From contig NW_025764968.1 in the NCBI RefSeq assembly GCF_003918875.1, positions 62,001 to 126,000 of the forward strand: a stretch of DNA of 64,000 bases. The letters run 5' to 3'. Below the pieces are notes generated by a model that was not told where the DNA came from, made no database searches, and saw only the letters and a program-made list of their open reading frames with translations. This document shows, piece by piece, positions 1 through 12,154 of the stretch. Numbering within the stretch: position 1 is the stretch's first letter; the number at the start of each line of letters is the position of its first letter. Position numbers and translations under genes: made by a program. The stretch comes from Haliotis rubra (taxonomy: Eukaryota).

Positions 1-125
1 AACCTCACCATCCCTTCATCATTTTACTATCTAATCTCACCATCCTATGTTTATTCTACCGTCCAATCTCACCATCCCTTCATCATTCTACCATTTTATC
101 CTGCCATTCCATCATCATTCTTACA
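1..125. repeat. Tail of CATC-rich satellite array
   Basis: CTCACCATCCCTTCATCATT units, as in the longer arrays. Confidence 0.8.
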
Positions 126-552
126 TGTCGATTGAAACCTTTGCGGTTGTTACCTTTGACAAAATGGATTGTGTGGTCAGTCTTTGTGACCAGGTTGATA
201 GTAATTATACCTCACAGTATCCATCATTAGATTGTCTGGTCCTGACTCTGCCTCATCAACAGCTCTTAACTCTGTTGACATGTCCAGGTATTCACCAAAC
301 CAACAGTGATTTGACTGTTTTATGTATATGGAGCTTTTAGTGGGCACTGGATGTCATCACAGTTTGTGGACAGGATGTGGAAGTGAAGCCACTTGGCTCT
401 GTAATTTACCTGAACTTTGTTATTTACCTCGTAATGGATCAATGTCATACTAATGGAGAAATTATGCACATCAAGATTCTCGTGTAATGATTTCCACAAT
501 TCTATGTGTGCAGAACTCTATTGTGAAAGGAGAAAAACACAGGATCAATGAA

Positions 553-575
553 CAATCAATAAATTTAATTTAAAC
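553..575 (-). terminator. Candidate poly(A) signal ATTAAA followed by a U/GU-rich tract, conserved in all seven 3' flanks
   Basis: Plus strand CAATCAATA(A/C)ATTTAATTTA at ~553, 7980, 22115, 29360, 44740, 49600, 55355 = minus strand ATTAAA then a T/GT-rich run. Confidence 0.35.
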
Positions 576-1523
576 ACAGACATTTAGACTTACAACAGAA
601 AATACATTGGGTAAAATAACTGACATCAGCAATAAGTAACAGGCAATGTGATTTTTCTAAGTGCACTCACGACTGTCCAGTATTTGGTCACTACCAAATG
701 TCTTGTAACAGGCATCTGTCTGTTCTTGTCTCCAGTGTATGAAGCTGGCACTAATTTAATGTGTTTCCAGACACGCATCACAGGTTTGTGATGTCAGGAA
801 CAAATGTCCTTCAAATCCAGTGATAGTTGAATTGCCAGTGTGTGCAAAAAGATCTAATGGCAACATCCACATGTAGAACATCCCTGGATATATCAGTATG
901 TTAAGTAAATAAAGCAGTAAACTTGACATTAATATATAACATCTGAAGATATTCAAACAGTTATTCCGCGATAAAAATAAATGCTAATGATAAGTATGCA
1001 ATAAAACTAGATTTATGTAAAACAAACATATGTGCTCGTGCAAACCATGACTTTTTACATTTTCAAGTGCAATTATGCAACATTTGCTTGCCAACAGTGT
1101 TGAGATCTTGATGTCATAACATGGAAAACTAATTCCATTTAAAACCATCATCTACAACACGAAATGTCATGTCAGTTCTACCAAAGCTCAAGAGTTAAAA
1201 ACACATCCAAACTTCAATCACTTTAGAGTCAAATTGTAGCTAAAACTGCTAACAGTACAATTGTCAGAGGTGTTTGGGATGTCAACGAATACACAGTCAT
1301 TGACAGATATCTGGATATTCAATTCTCCCGCTCCCTGAATGACATTAGAGGACTTACTTGCCACACTCTATCCAATTGCCAAATTTTTATGTGGAACATC
1401 TCCAGGCATATCAAGATATCCAAAACATCTCCAGATATCCAAAATGTTTTTCCTTGACAAAAACAAGTGCAAAACATACATAAATAACCTTCCAACTACA
1501 GTTAAGCTGCTCATAGACATGAG

Positions 1524-2636
1524 TTAGGCAACAATAACTACAGTGTTGATGATGGCCGCTGATAGAAATACGACAAAGAGGATGTTATCCAACTTCTGAG
1601 CATCCAAGTTGTGGAGTCTGTCTTTCATCTTGGACACCTCTGTGGAGGTGTCCCCCTCTGTCTTGTCTGCCACAGATGAAGCTGTCTTGTGATCTCCCTG
1701 GAGTTGGTTGTTCCTGATCCTGAGGGTTGTTGTGACAGCCAGGAGTGCCAGGAAGCTTTGAAGCAGGATACAGATGAGATAGATCATGATCTTTGGAACT
1801 CTAGTGGATGTCCTTGGCATGATGTCATAGACAAAGTTGAGGAACACAGCATGCGACACAAAGATGGAAATCAGAAAGGATACTTTCTCTCCTGAATCAG
1901 CGGGAAGGATGAAGACAAAAGCATTCATGATGGAGGTCAAAGCCATTGGTACAATGATACTTAACACGTAGAATAGGCTTTGTCTCTCAAGTGTAAATGT
2001 CAATGATTGGAAAGTAATTCCAATAAATGATACATCTCCACTTGTCGTTTGTATTAATGTCCATTCAGACTCCTTCTTTATGTATGAGGTGTATTCGTAA
2101 CTGGATATAGGGTTGACATGCAAGTTGATATAGTCTCGATAGGTATGAAATATTAACTCACGTTTCTGTTCATCAAAAGGAAACTGAAAGGCATCAGTCA
2201 CACATATGGTCTTGAACATGTCAGATGTGTATGCCAAAACATGGCCATCATTATTTAGACTCATTGTGAAAGATCTGGATGAGAATAGAGACGCGTCACT
2301 CACAGCATTTAATAAATTAACTTGTGGTAGCCATACTTGATGAGGCTCAATGTCAATGCTACCATTATAAAGTGACTTGTTCCAGGACAGACTGGGATCA
2401 GTCCAGTTAACTGTAATGACTCCAGTGAATGTAAGAAGTTGTTCCACAGAATTGAGGTCCAATATAGCTCCAAGTACAAAGTAAATAGAAACATTTACTT
2501 TTGAATGTCCAGGAGGAAATGGTGGCTTCTTAGCTCTTGTGTAGTTGATGGAATTGTGTATTTGAGTCCATGTCTCCCTCAGCAGAAGGCATGTCACGAG
2601 ATATGTGAGAAATATCCAGGACAGATGGGAATACAT
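1524..2636 (-). CDS. Cys-loop ligand-gated ion channel subunit, copy 1 (370 aa, single coding exon; second Cys-loop cysteine mutated to Arg)
   Basis: True start is probably Met46 of the 415-aa ORF (MYSHLSWIF.., hydrophobic signal peptide), giving the same 1113 nt as copies 4 and 5. Motifs: WTDPSLSW, VWLP, CVTDAFQFPFDEQKR (Cys-loop, TGT->CGT), SEW, M1 with Pro, DSGEKVS M2, MPRTS, M3, LD..LF M4. Confidence 0.9.
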   Translation of the reverse strand: MYSHLSWIFLTYLVTCLLLRETWTQIHNSINYTRAKKPPFPPGHSKVNVSIYFVLGAILDLNSVEQLLTFTGVITVNWTDPSLSWNKSLYNGSIDIEPHQVWLPQVNLLNAVSDASLFSSRSFTMSLNNDGHVLAYTSDMFKTICVTDAFQFPFDEQKRELIFHTYRDYINLHVNPISSYEYTSYIKKESEWTLIQTTSGDVSFIGITFQSLTFTLERQSLFYVLSIIVPMALTSIMNAFVFILPADSGEKVSFLISIFVSHAVFLNFVYDIMPRTSTRVPKIMIYLICILLQSFLALLAVTTTLRIRNNQLQGDHKTASSVADKTEGDTSTEVSKMKDRLHNLDAQKLDNILFVVFLSAAIINTVVIVA

Positions 2637-2893
2637 TGTCACTGTCAGTTGAAACAAGCTATAAGTTTCTGTGGAGGCTAGACTCTCAAATGTTGTTGTT
2701 GATACTGTGGTCACAAATACTATCTGTTCTGAATTCTTACTGTAGGCATTCATCCAGTGAAAAACATCCACACCAAACCATGAGATTGTGTTTCTGATTG
2801 CTGTACATGATGAATTTGTTTAATAAAGAGAATGGTTTACAATGTTTGAACAGACATAATGTGGAAGAATGGTTAACACAGTTGTTAGCTTAC

Positions 2894-2935
2894 CTGTTCC
2901 CTGATGTGAGTGCCTCAGATAAATGACAAGTCAAT
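2894..2935 (-). other. Putative non-coding 5'-UTR micro-exon of copy 1 (homologues: 11788-11833, 24542-24592, 33243-33288, 48246-48291, 52644-52694, 57968-58009)
   Basis: On the minus strand every copy has an AG acceptor (e.g. GCTTTTCTTACAG|), 42-51 nt, then ACAG|GTGAGC or ACAG|GTAAGC. The copy 1 exon has no ATG. Confidence 0.65.
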
Positions 2936-3234
2936 CTATATACAAATTTACACACAAAGGTGCCAAGGAACTTTAATTAAAAAGGATAATTCATCTCCTG
3001 GAATGTGACCAAAATGTCTTTAAAGGGGCCATTGTTAAACAAAAGAATGGTATCTCCACACAAAGAATGGTTTCATAGGTTACTTTCCAGAACATTGAAA
3101 ATGGAAAACAGTTTCCTGACAACTGATGTGTTTACAGGAACATTGATTAACCAAGTGAATAGTCGCCTGACTATGAGCTCGAGGTTTCAGAGGTTGGTTT
3201 CAGATGTAAGCACAGCTCTGACATCGCTTTGTTG

Positions 3235-3680
3235 TCCAGGTGAGCTATAAATTCCATTTGTGCTTTTTGCGCAGAACATGTGAGTGTATATTTGTATTGA
3301 TAATGGCAGTATGTGATTGTATTTGCCCGAACCTTTTTTAGAATTCTGAAATAACACACAAAACCTCTCTCATGTTTGCTTGAACATTCATAGTCCTAAA
3401 TCACAACTAAACTTAATGACTCATTATCGTTAAATGTGTTTCACATCATAAATAAGCAGAATGTAATGGAAGGCATACAGTCACATATTGATTATAGGTG
3501 TGGTTGGGAATAACAGGAAATGGACTCGGGTTTGCATACTGATGTCATCTATAAGGAGGAGATTATGATCAAACAGCCTTAATATAAGTAAATACAACAA
3601 ATGGGATGATTATGGAAATGAGCTGAGTGTGTGCTGTACACATAATGGTTAAATGCTGATGTTGTGAATTTGTTTATACA
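3235..3680. promoter_or_regulatory. Conserved upstream non-coding block with AP-1-type palindrome TAATGACTCATTA (also ~12243-12680, 26783-27225, 34010-34440, 52925-53310, partial 59060-59340)
   Basis: ~400 bp of near-identical sequence upstream of six of seven copies; TGACTCA at 3417-3423 and CRE-like TGATGTCA. A regulatory role is inferred. Confidence 0.45.
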
Positions 3681-4127
3681 TATCATGCACATGCTTTTGA
3701 GGAATGTTTTTGTGTTTTCCAATTTTTGCCTTTGTAATTCAGATCATTTTTCAGTTGAGGACAGGGTTTGTCTTTTGAGCTGTCCAGTATTTCTATGTTA
3801 AACCTTGTAAGGCCATCAAGTTCAGATGAGAACATTCTTTCTTTTGCCAAACTCATTCCTGTTTGCTTACTTATCACATGTTTAATGCATCAATGGAATC
3901 GGGAGTGTCTATCAAATATCTTGAAGAAAAATCTTTCAAGAATGGTTTTGAGGATAATGTTTTAATGGTTTTCTGTTATTTTAGAAAAGGTTTTGTTATA
4001 AATTGGACTGGAATTCAGGATCCTATAAAGTATTCTTTTGTTTTCAGTAATACTCTGAATATATACAACACAGTTCACATGTACTCTATTTATATAAATA
4101 CAACTAGACTGTTGTAGCTAGTTTCTT

Positions 4128-7100
4128 GGTCATTCTGTCATCCTATCTCACCATCCCTTCATCATTCTGTCATCCTATCTCACCATCCCTTCATCATTCT
4201 GTTACCCTACCTCACCATTTCATCATCTTTCTGCAATTTCATTCTACCCTTCTGTCTCAATATCCAGTCATCACTCTATAATCCTATCTGAACATCCCAT
4301 CATCTTTCTTCTATCTTATTTGAACATCCCATCATCTTTCTACTATCCTATCTGAACATCCCATCATCTTTCTATTATCCTATTTGAACATCCCATTATC
4401 TTTCTATAATCCTATCTGAACATCCCATCATCTTTGTACCATCCTATCTGAAGATCCCATCATCTTTCTACTATCCTATAGTACAATGTGTGAAGCCCAT
4501 TTCTGGTGTCCCCCACCGTGATGTTGCTGAAATATTGCTAAAAGCGGCGTAAAACTAAACTCAGTCAGTCAGTCAGTCTACTATCCTATCACACCATTCC
4601 ATCACAATTCTACCATTGTATCTCCATTCTGCTATCCTTTCTCACCATCCCACCAATGTACCATTCTATCCCAAAACCACACAATCAGTTCACCATCCCA
4701 CATCATTCTACCATCCTATCTCACCATCCCACATCATTCTACTATCCAATCTCACCATCCAATCACACCATCCCCCATCATTCTTCTATCCAATCTCACC
4801 ATCCAATCACATCCTCCCACATAATTCTACCATCCTATCTCACCATCCCACATCATTCTACCATCCAATCTCACCATCCAATCACACCATCCAACATTCT
4901 ACCACCCAATCACACCATCCCACATCATTCTACCATCCAATCCCACCATCCCACATCATTCTACCATCCAATCACACATCCCACATCATTCTACCATCCA
5001 ATCACATCATCCCACATCATTCTACCATCCAATCACACCATCCCACATCATTCTACCATCCAATCCCACCATCCCACATCATTCTACCATCCAATCACAC
5101 CATCCAACATTCTACCACCCAATCACACCATCCCACATCATTCTACCACCCAATCACATCATTCTACCATCCAATCCCACCATCCCACATCATTCTACCA
5201 TCCAATCACACCATCCCACATCATTCTACCATCTAATCACATCATCCCACATCATTCTATCATCCAATCACACCATTCTACATCATTCTACCATCCAATC
5301 ACATCATCCCACATCATTCTACAATCCAATCACACCATCCCACATTCTACCATCCAATCCCACCATCCCACCATCATTCTACCATCCAATCACACCATCC
5401 ACCATCATTCTACCATCCAATCCCACCATCCCACCATCATTCTACCATCCTATCACACCATTCATTAGCATTCTACAATCGAATGATCTTTCTACCATCC
5501 TATCACACCATCTATCAGCATTCTACCATCAAATGATCTTTCTACCATCCTATCTCACCATCGCAGCAGTACCCTACCATCCTATCTTCATTCTACCATC
5601 TAATCTCACTGTTCCTTCATTATTCTACCATCCAATTTCACCACCTCTTCATTTTCCTATTCAACCTCACCATCCTTCATCATTCTATCCAATCTCAACA
5701 TCCTATTTTCATTCTTCCATCCAATCTCAGCATCACTTCATCATTTTACTTTCCAATCTCACCATCCCATCATTCTACTATCCTATCTCACCATCCCACC
5801 ATCATTCTACTATCCAATCTCACCATCACTTCATCATTTTACTATTCTATTTCACCATCCCTCATCATTCTACTATCCAACCTCATGTCCCTTCATCATT
5901 TTACTATCCAACCTCACCATCCTATTTTCATTCTTCCATCCAATCTCACCATCATTTCATCATTTTACTGTCCTATCTCACCATCCCATCATCATTCTAC
6001 TATCCAACCTTGCCATCCTTCATCATTCTACTATCTTATCTCACCATCCCACCATCATTCTACTATCCAATCTCACCATCACTTCATCATTCTACCATAC
6101 AATCTCATCGTCACTTTATCATTTTACTATCCAATCTCACCATCCCATCATTCTACTATCCTATCTCACCATCCCACCATCATTCTACTATCCAATCTCA
6201 CCATCACTTCATCATTTTACTATTCTATTTCACCATCCCTCATTCTACTATCCAACCTCATGTCCCTTCATCATTCTACTATCCAACCTCACCATCCCTT
6301 CATCATTCTACCATCCAATCTCACCATCATTTCATCATTTTACTGTCCTATCTCACCATCCCATCATCATTCTACTATCCAACCTTGCCATCCTTCATCA
6401 TTCTACTATCCAACCTCACCATCCTATTTCCATTCTTCCATCCAATCTCACCATCACTTCATCATTCTACCATCAAATCTCGTCACTTTATCATTTTACT
6501 ATCCAATCTCATCATCCCTTAATCATTCTACCATCCAATCTCACCATCTCTTCATCATTCTTCCATCCAATCTCACCATCACTTCATGATTTTGCTGTCA
6601 AATCTCACCATCCCTTCATACTTCTACTATCCAATCTCACCATCCTATCTTCATTCTACCATCCAATCTCACAGTTCCTTCATTATTCTACCATCCAATC
6701 TCACCATACGTTCATCATTCTACCATCCAATCTCACCATTCCTTCATCATTTTACTATCTAATCTCATCATCCCTTCATCATGCTTCTATCCAATTTCAC
6801 CATCCTTTCATACTTTTACTATCCAATCTCACCATCCCATCATTTTACTATCTAATCTCACCATCCCTTCATCATTCTACCATCCAATCTCACCATCCCT
6901 TCATTATTCTACCATCCAATCTCACCATCCCTTCATCGTTCTACTATCCAATCTCACCATCCCATCATCATTTTACTATCTAATCTCACCATCCCTTCAT
7001 CATTCTACCATCCAATCTCACCATCCCCTCATTATTCTACCATCCAATCTCATCATCCCCTCATCGTTCTACCATCCTATCTCACCTTCCCATCATTCTA

Positions 7101-7797
7101 CCATCCAATCTCACCATCCCATCATCATTTTACTATCCAATCTCACCATCCCTTCATTCTACCATCTAATCTCACCATCCTATTTTCATTCTACCATCCA
7201 ATCTCACCATCCCATCATTCTTCTTCCAGCCAATCTCACCATCCCATCATCATTTTACTATCTAATCTCACCATCCCATCATCATTCTACCATCCAATCT
7301 CACCAGGCTATTTTCATTCTACCATCCAATCTCACCATCACTTCATCATTTTGTTGTCCAATCTCACCATCCATTAATCATTCTACCATCCACCCTCACC
7401 ATCACTTCATCATTCTACTATCCAATCTCACCATCACTTCATCATTTTACTATCCTATCTGACCATACCATCATCATTCTACTATCCAACCTTGCATACT
7501 TCATCATTCTACTATCCAAACTCACCATCTTATTTCTATTCTTCCATCCAATCTCACCATCCCATCATTATTCTACTATCCAATCTCACCATCCCATCAT
7601 TTTACTATCAAATCTCACCATCCTACCTTTGAATCTGACCATCCCTTCCTCATTCTACTATCCAATCTCACCATCCCTTCCTCATTCTATCATCCAATCT
7701 CACCATCCTTTCATCAGTCTACCATCCAATCTCACCATCCCTTCATACTTCTACCATCCAATCTCACCATCCCTTCATACTTCTTCCATCCAATCAC
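4128..7797. repeat. G-poor CATC-rich minisatellite (~31-32 bp unit, CCATCCCTTCATCATTCTACCATCCAATCTCA)
   Basis: Roughly a hundred degenerate units; source of the spurious His/Pro/Ser/Ile ORFs. Confidence 0.95.
4481..4576 (+). mobile_element. 3' half of a tRNA-derived SINE (near-identical copy at 28024-28119)
   Basis: TGTGTGAAGCCCATTTCTGGTGTCCCC..AAAACTAAACTCA(GTCA)n matches the 3' part of the full SINE at 39110-39271; flanked by TCTACTATCCTA. Confidence 0.75.
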
Positions 7798-8489
7798 ATG
7801 ATGTGGAAATGAAGCCACTTAGCTCTGTAATTTACCTGAACTTTGTTATTTACCTCGTAATGGATCAATGTCATATTAATGGAGAAATTATGCACATCAA
7901 GATTCTCTTGTAATGATTTCCACAATTCTATGTGTGCAGAACTCTATTGTGAAAGGAGAAAAACACAGGATCAATGAACAATCAATAAATTTAATTTAAA
8001 CACAGACATTTAGACTTACAACAGAAAATACATTGGGTAAAATAACTGACATCAGCAATAAGTAACAGGCACTGTGATTTTTCTAAGTGCACTCACAACT
8101 GTCCAGAATTTGGTCACTGCCAAATGTCTTGTGACAGGCATACGCGTTCTTGACTTCAGTGTAGTTTATGAAGCTGGCACTAATTTAATGTGTTTCCAGA
8201 CACGCATCACAGGTTTGTGATCTCAGGAAAAAAATGTCCTTCAAGTCCAGTGATAGTTGAATTGCCATTAGTTGCAAATGTATCTAATTGAAAAATCCAC
8301 ATGTAGAACATCCCTGGATATATCAGTAAATTAAGTAAATATATCAGTAAACTTGACATTAATATATGACATCTGAAGATATTCAAACAGTTATTCTGTG
8401 ATGAAAATAAGTGCTAATGATAAGTATGCAATAAAGCTTATTTTCTAACTAGAATTATGTAAAACAAACACATGCAACTATTTACATTT

Positions 8490-9556
8490 CAGATATAATT
8501 TAGATTTATTTTCTTTTGGGATACATGTTATCAATCCCTGCCTTTGTGTTATAGAAAAAGATCCATTATCAAATGCATAGTTTAATGCATTTATAAGGTA
8601 TCTGTGCAGATTTAACCAAAACAACTTGTGAATCCATCAGGGCCAGGACTTTTTTCATTTTTCATATTTTTTTAGTGCATTAAGTACTTCATCATAACTC
8701 AATTTACCTTCAAGAGATTTGGAAGTGATATCATCTAGTCATGGAATTGGCGTCTCTGTAAAAAGGTTTTCTAAGTCGATTTGTGTACAGTCTTCTCTTG
8801 TATATAAATGTTCGTAATACCTTTTTACTTCTTGGATAATACCATCTTGTGTGTTTAATACAATTCCATCTCTATTTTCAAATTTTGATATGGATTTATT
8901 AAGAAAATATCTGGCTTCTAATTGTAAAAAATATTTGGATGGTTTTTTCCCCTTGCTGTATCCATTTGGCTTTAGATCTTATAAAGGAGCCTTCAGTCTT
9001 TATTTTTTTAGATTTTCTAATTCGAATTTAGTTTCCTAAATTTTTTCCATTAATATGGGTTTTTTCAATTTCATCATTTACTTTGCCTAATTAAATTTCC
9101 TAACCATTTAAATCTTCTAATTTGGCTTCTAGAGCTAGATTTTTCTTTTTACGTGTTTATGAATAATATATTGTACTTCCCCCATATGTTCAACAGTAAC
9201 ATTTCCCATAGCAGTTGATCATTTAGGGTAAAACTATTATCTTCTTTGTTTGTATTATCTTTATATTGTTCTAGGGTATCACTGATAGTTTTGTTTTACA
9301 AGATCTACATACTCTTTGTCTTTGAAAAGAGAATTGTTTAATTTCCAGAACCCTTTTCTTCTCTGCACATCAGATAATGATATAGTAAGTGATATTATGG
9401 AATGGTCAGAATGTATGCTTGGAACATTGTGCAAAACAATGTCACCATGTACATCTTCTAGCTGATGGTTTATCTCTAGCCATGGGTTTTAAAAGCTAAA
9501 GCATCTATGGTCTCTAACAATTTTTGTCTCGCTTTTGGATTATTTATATGTTTATA
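8490..9556 (-). mobile_element. L1/Tx1-type LINE ORF2 internal fragment (degenerate)
   Basis: Minus-strand motifs SDHS, RKGFWKLNNS, KSPGPDG, ITCIPK; broken frames; no poly(A). Confidence 0.75.
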
Positions 9557-10791
9557 GTGATGTGAAAATAAGTGCTAATGATAAGCATGCAATAAAGCTT
9601 ATTTTCTAACAAGAATTCTGTAAACCAAACATGTGCAACTATTTACATTTTAAACTTCCATTATGCAACATATGGTTGTAATCGTGATAAATCCAACCTT
9701 ATTACCTTCTTTTGACATTGATATAACTTGATATAACAAAATTAATTACTTGCGAGAAGAATGTCAGAAACTTCATATGACAACATTGAAATGTCATAAT
9801 TCATGGAAAACTAATTCAATTTAAAACCATCATCTACAACATCTTAAGATATTCAATAAAAACAAGTGCTAAAGATAAGTATTCAAATAAAGCTTAATTT
9901 CTAGATATATGTTAACCAAACACATGTGCATGCAAACCAAAAGTATTACATTTTCAGGTGCAATATGCAGGTTGTGCAACAACAGTGTTGAGATCTTGAT
10001 AAATCCATTTCAAACCATCATCTACAACATCTGCAGATATTCAAACAGTTATTCCATGATAAAAACAAGTGCTAAAGATAAGTATTCAAATAAAGCTTAA
10101 TTTCTAACTAGAATTATGTTAAACAAACATGTGCATGCAAACCTAAAGTATTTACATTTTTAAGTGCAATTATGGAACATATATATGTAGGTTGTGTGAC
10201 AACAATGTTGATACCTTGATAAATCCAAAATTATTACCTTCCTATAACATTGATATAACTTGATATAACACTGTAATGATGTGAGTCATAACACGTCATA
10301 CAGTTGCCAATTCTAAGGATATAACATCCCAAGGTACAACAGTGAATTGATGCCTTGATAAATCCAACATGATAACTTTCATATAACATTTATAACTTGA
10401 TATAACAAAATTAATTACTTGCTAGAACAATGTCAATAACTTCATATGACAACATGTGAATGTCATATAACATGGAAAACTAGTTCCATTTAAAACCATC
10501 ATCTACAACACGAAATGTCATGTCAGTTCTAACAGAACTCAAGAAAAAAAACTATAACAGGTTGAGTTAAAAACACATCCAAACTTCAATCTTTTTTCTT
10601 CTGAGTTGTTAATTCAAATTGTAGCTAAATCTTCTGACAGTCAAATTGTCAGAGGTGTTTGGGATGTCATGGTCATTGACAGAAAGCTGGGTGTTTAATT
10701 CTCCCGCTCCCTGGACACAGTCGCCACACACCATCCAATTGCCAAACTTGTATGTGAAACATCTCTTGGCATAATGGGTAATTAAAATCTC

Positions 10792-11610
10792 TTAAAAATT
10801 GACATAAACAAAACATCTCCAGATATCCAAAATGTTTTCCCATGGCACAAACAAGTGCAAAACATACTTAAACAACTTTCCAACTGCAGTTATGCTGCAC
10901 ATAGATGTGAGTTTGGCAACAAAAACAACAGTGTTGATGATGGCGATGGATAGCAATACCACAAAAAGGATGTTATCCATCTTCTGAGCATCCAAGTTGT
11001 GGAGTCTACCTTTCATCTTGGACACCTCTGAGGCGTTATCCCCCTCTGTCTTGTCTGCCACAGTTGAAACTCTCTCGTGATCTCCCTGGAGTTGGTTGTT
11101 CCTGATCCTGAGGGTTGTTGTGACAGCCAGGAGCGCCAGGAAGCTTTGAAGGAGGATACAGATGAGATAGATCATGATCTTTGGAACTCTGGTGGATGTC
11201 CTTGGCATGATGTCGTAGACAAAGTTGAGGAACACAGCATGTGACACAAAGATGGAAACAAGAAAGGATACTTTCTCTCCGGAATCTGCAGGAAGGATGA
11301 AGACAAACGCATTCATGATGGAGGTCAAGGCCATTGGAATAATGATGCTTAACACATAGAAGTGACTCTGTCTCTTCAGGGTCAAGGTCACTGATTGGAA
11401 AGGATATCCCTTAAAGAATGCAACTCCACTTGTCATTTGTATCACTGTCCATTCAGAATCGTTCTTTACAAGTGACATGTATTCAAAACTTGGCAATGGG
11501 ATTTCATTCAATTTGATATAATTCCGATACGAATCAAAGACAAGTTGACATTTCTGTTCATCAAAAGGAAACTGAAAGGCATCAGTTACACATATGGTCT
11601 TGAACTTGCC
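10792..11610 (-). pseudogene. Cys-loop receptor copy 2: N-terminal half deleted, stop codon lost
   Basis: FKTICVTDAFQFPFDEQKC through M4 is present. At ~11610 the sequence joins directly to what is intronic sequence in copy 6 (~537 bp missing, including ATG and signal peptide). The ancestral TAA is AAA at 10912-10914, reading through to 10792. Confidence 0.85.
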
Positions 11611-11786
11611 TGTGTTTGTGACCGAACACCAAGTTGTCTGTTGTAAATTACTACTGTTGGCCTTCATCCAATGAAAAGCATCCACACAAAACCATGAGGT
11701 TTTGTGTGTGACTGCTGAAAAGGATGGATATTTAACTTTATATAGAGACTGGTTTAGAGTGTTTGAACAAACTTAATGTTAGCTCA

Positions 11787-12154
11787 CCTGTTCCTCTACA
11801 CTTTGTGCCTCAGAAAAATGAAGATTTCACCTTCTATAAGAAAAGCCTGTCAGTCTTATAGAGATTTTATTCCTTTTGTCAGTTTTATTCATTCTTCATC
11901 AGTTTTTGTGTGTAGACAAAAGTGAAAGTACATTTATGAGTATCTGTTCCACTCCTGATTCTGAATTAACCCTGTTCCTCTACACTTTGTGCCTCAGAAA
12001 AATGAAGATTTCACCTTCTATAAGAAAAGCCTGTCAGTCTTATAGAGATTTTATTCCTTTTGTCAGTTTTATTCATTCTTCATCAGTTTTTGTGTGTAGA
12101 CAAAAGTGAAAGTACATTTATGAGTATCTGTTCCACTCCAGATTCTGAATTAAC
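11787..12154. repeat. 184-bp tandem duplication containing the 5'-UTR micro-exon of copy 2
   Basis: CCTGTTCCTCTACACTTTGTG starts at 11787 and 11971; near-perfect copies. Confidence 0.9.

Noticed and set aside
1689-1895. Plus-strand ORFs antisense to the TM region (also 23391-23705)
   Set aside because: Shadow frames of the conserved receptor sequence.
2637-2771. N-terminal extensions of the receptor ORFs (copies 1, 3, 5, 6, 7)
   Set aside because: They begin at non-ATG codons, are not conserved between copies, and mostly overlap the predicted intron; the conserved ACAATG precedes the signal peptide.
3683-4117. Short ORFs repeated identically at 27226-27660 (similarly 49698-49916 and 55453-55671)
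   Set aside because: Identity reflects recent duplication of non-coding flank; the frames are broken in other units.
4616-6589. Long His/Pro/Ser/Ile-rich ORFs (also 28159-29019, 41133-42373, 54344-54859)
   Set aside because: Open in several frames at once because the G-poor satellite rarely forms stop codons; no evidence of coding.
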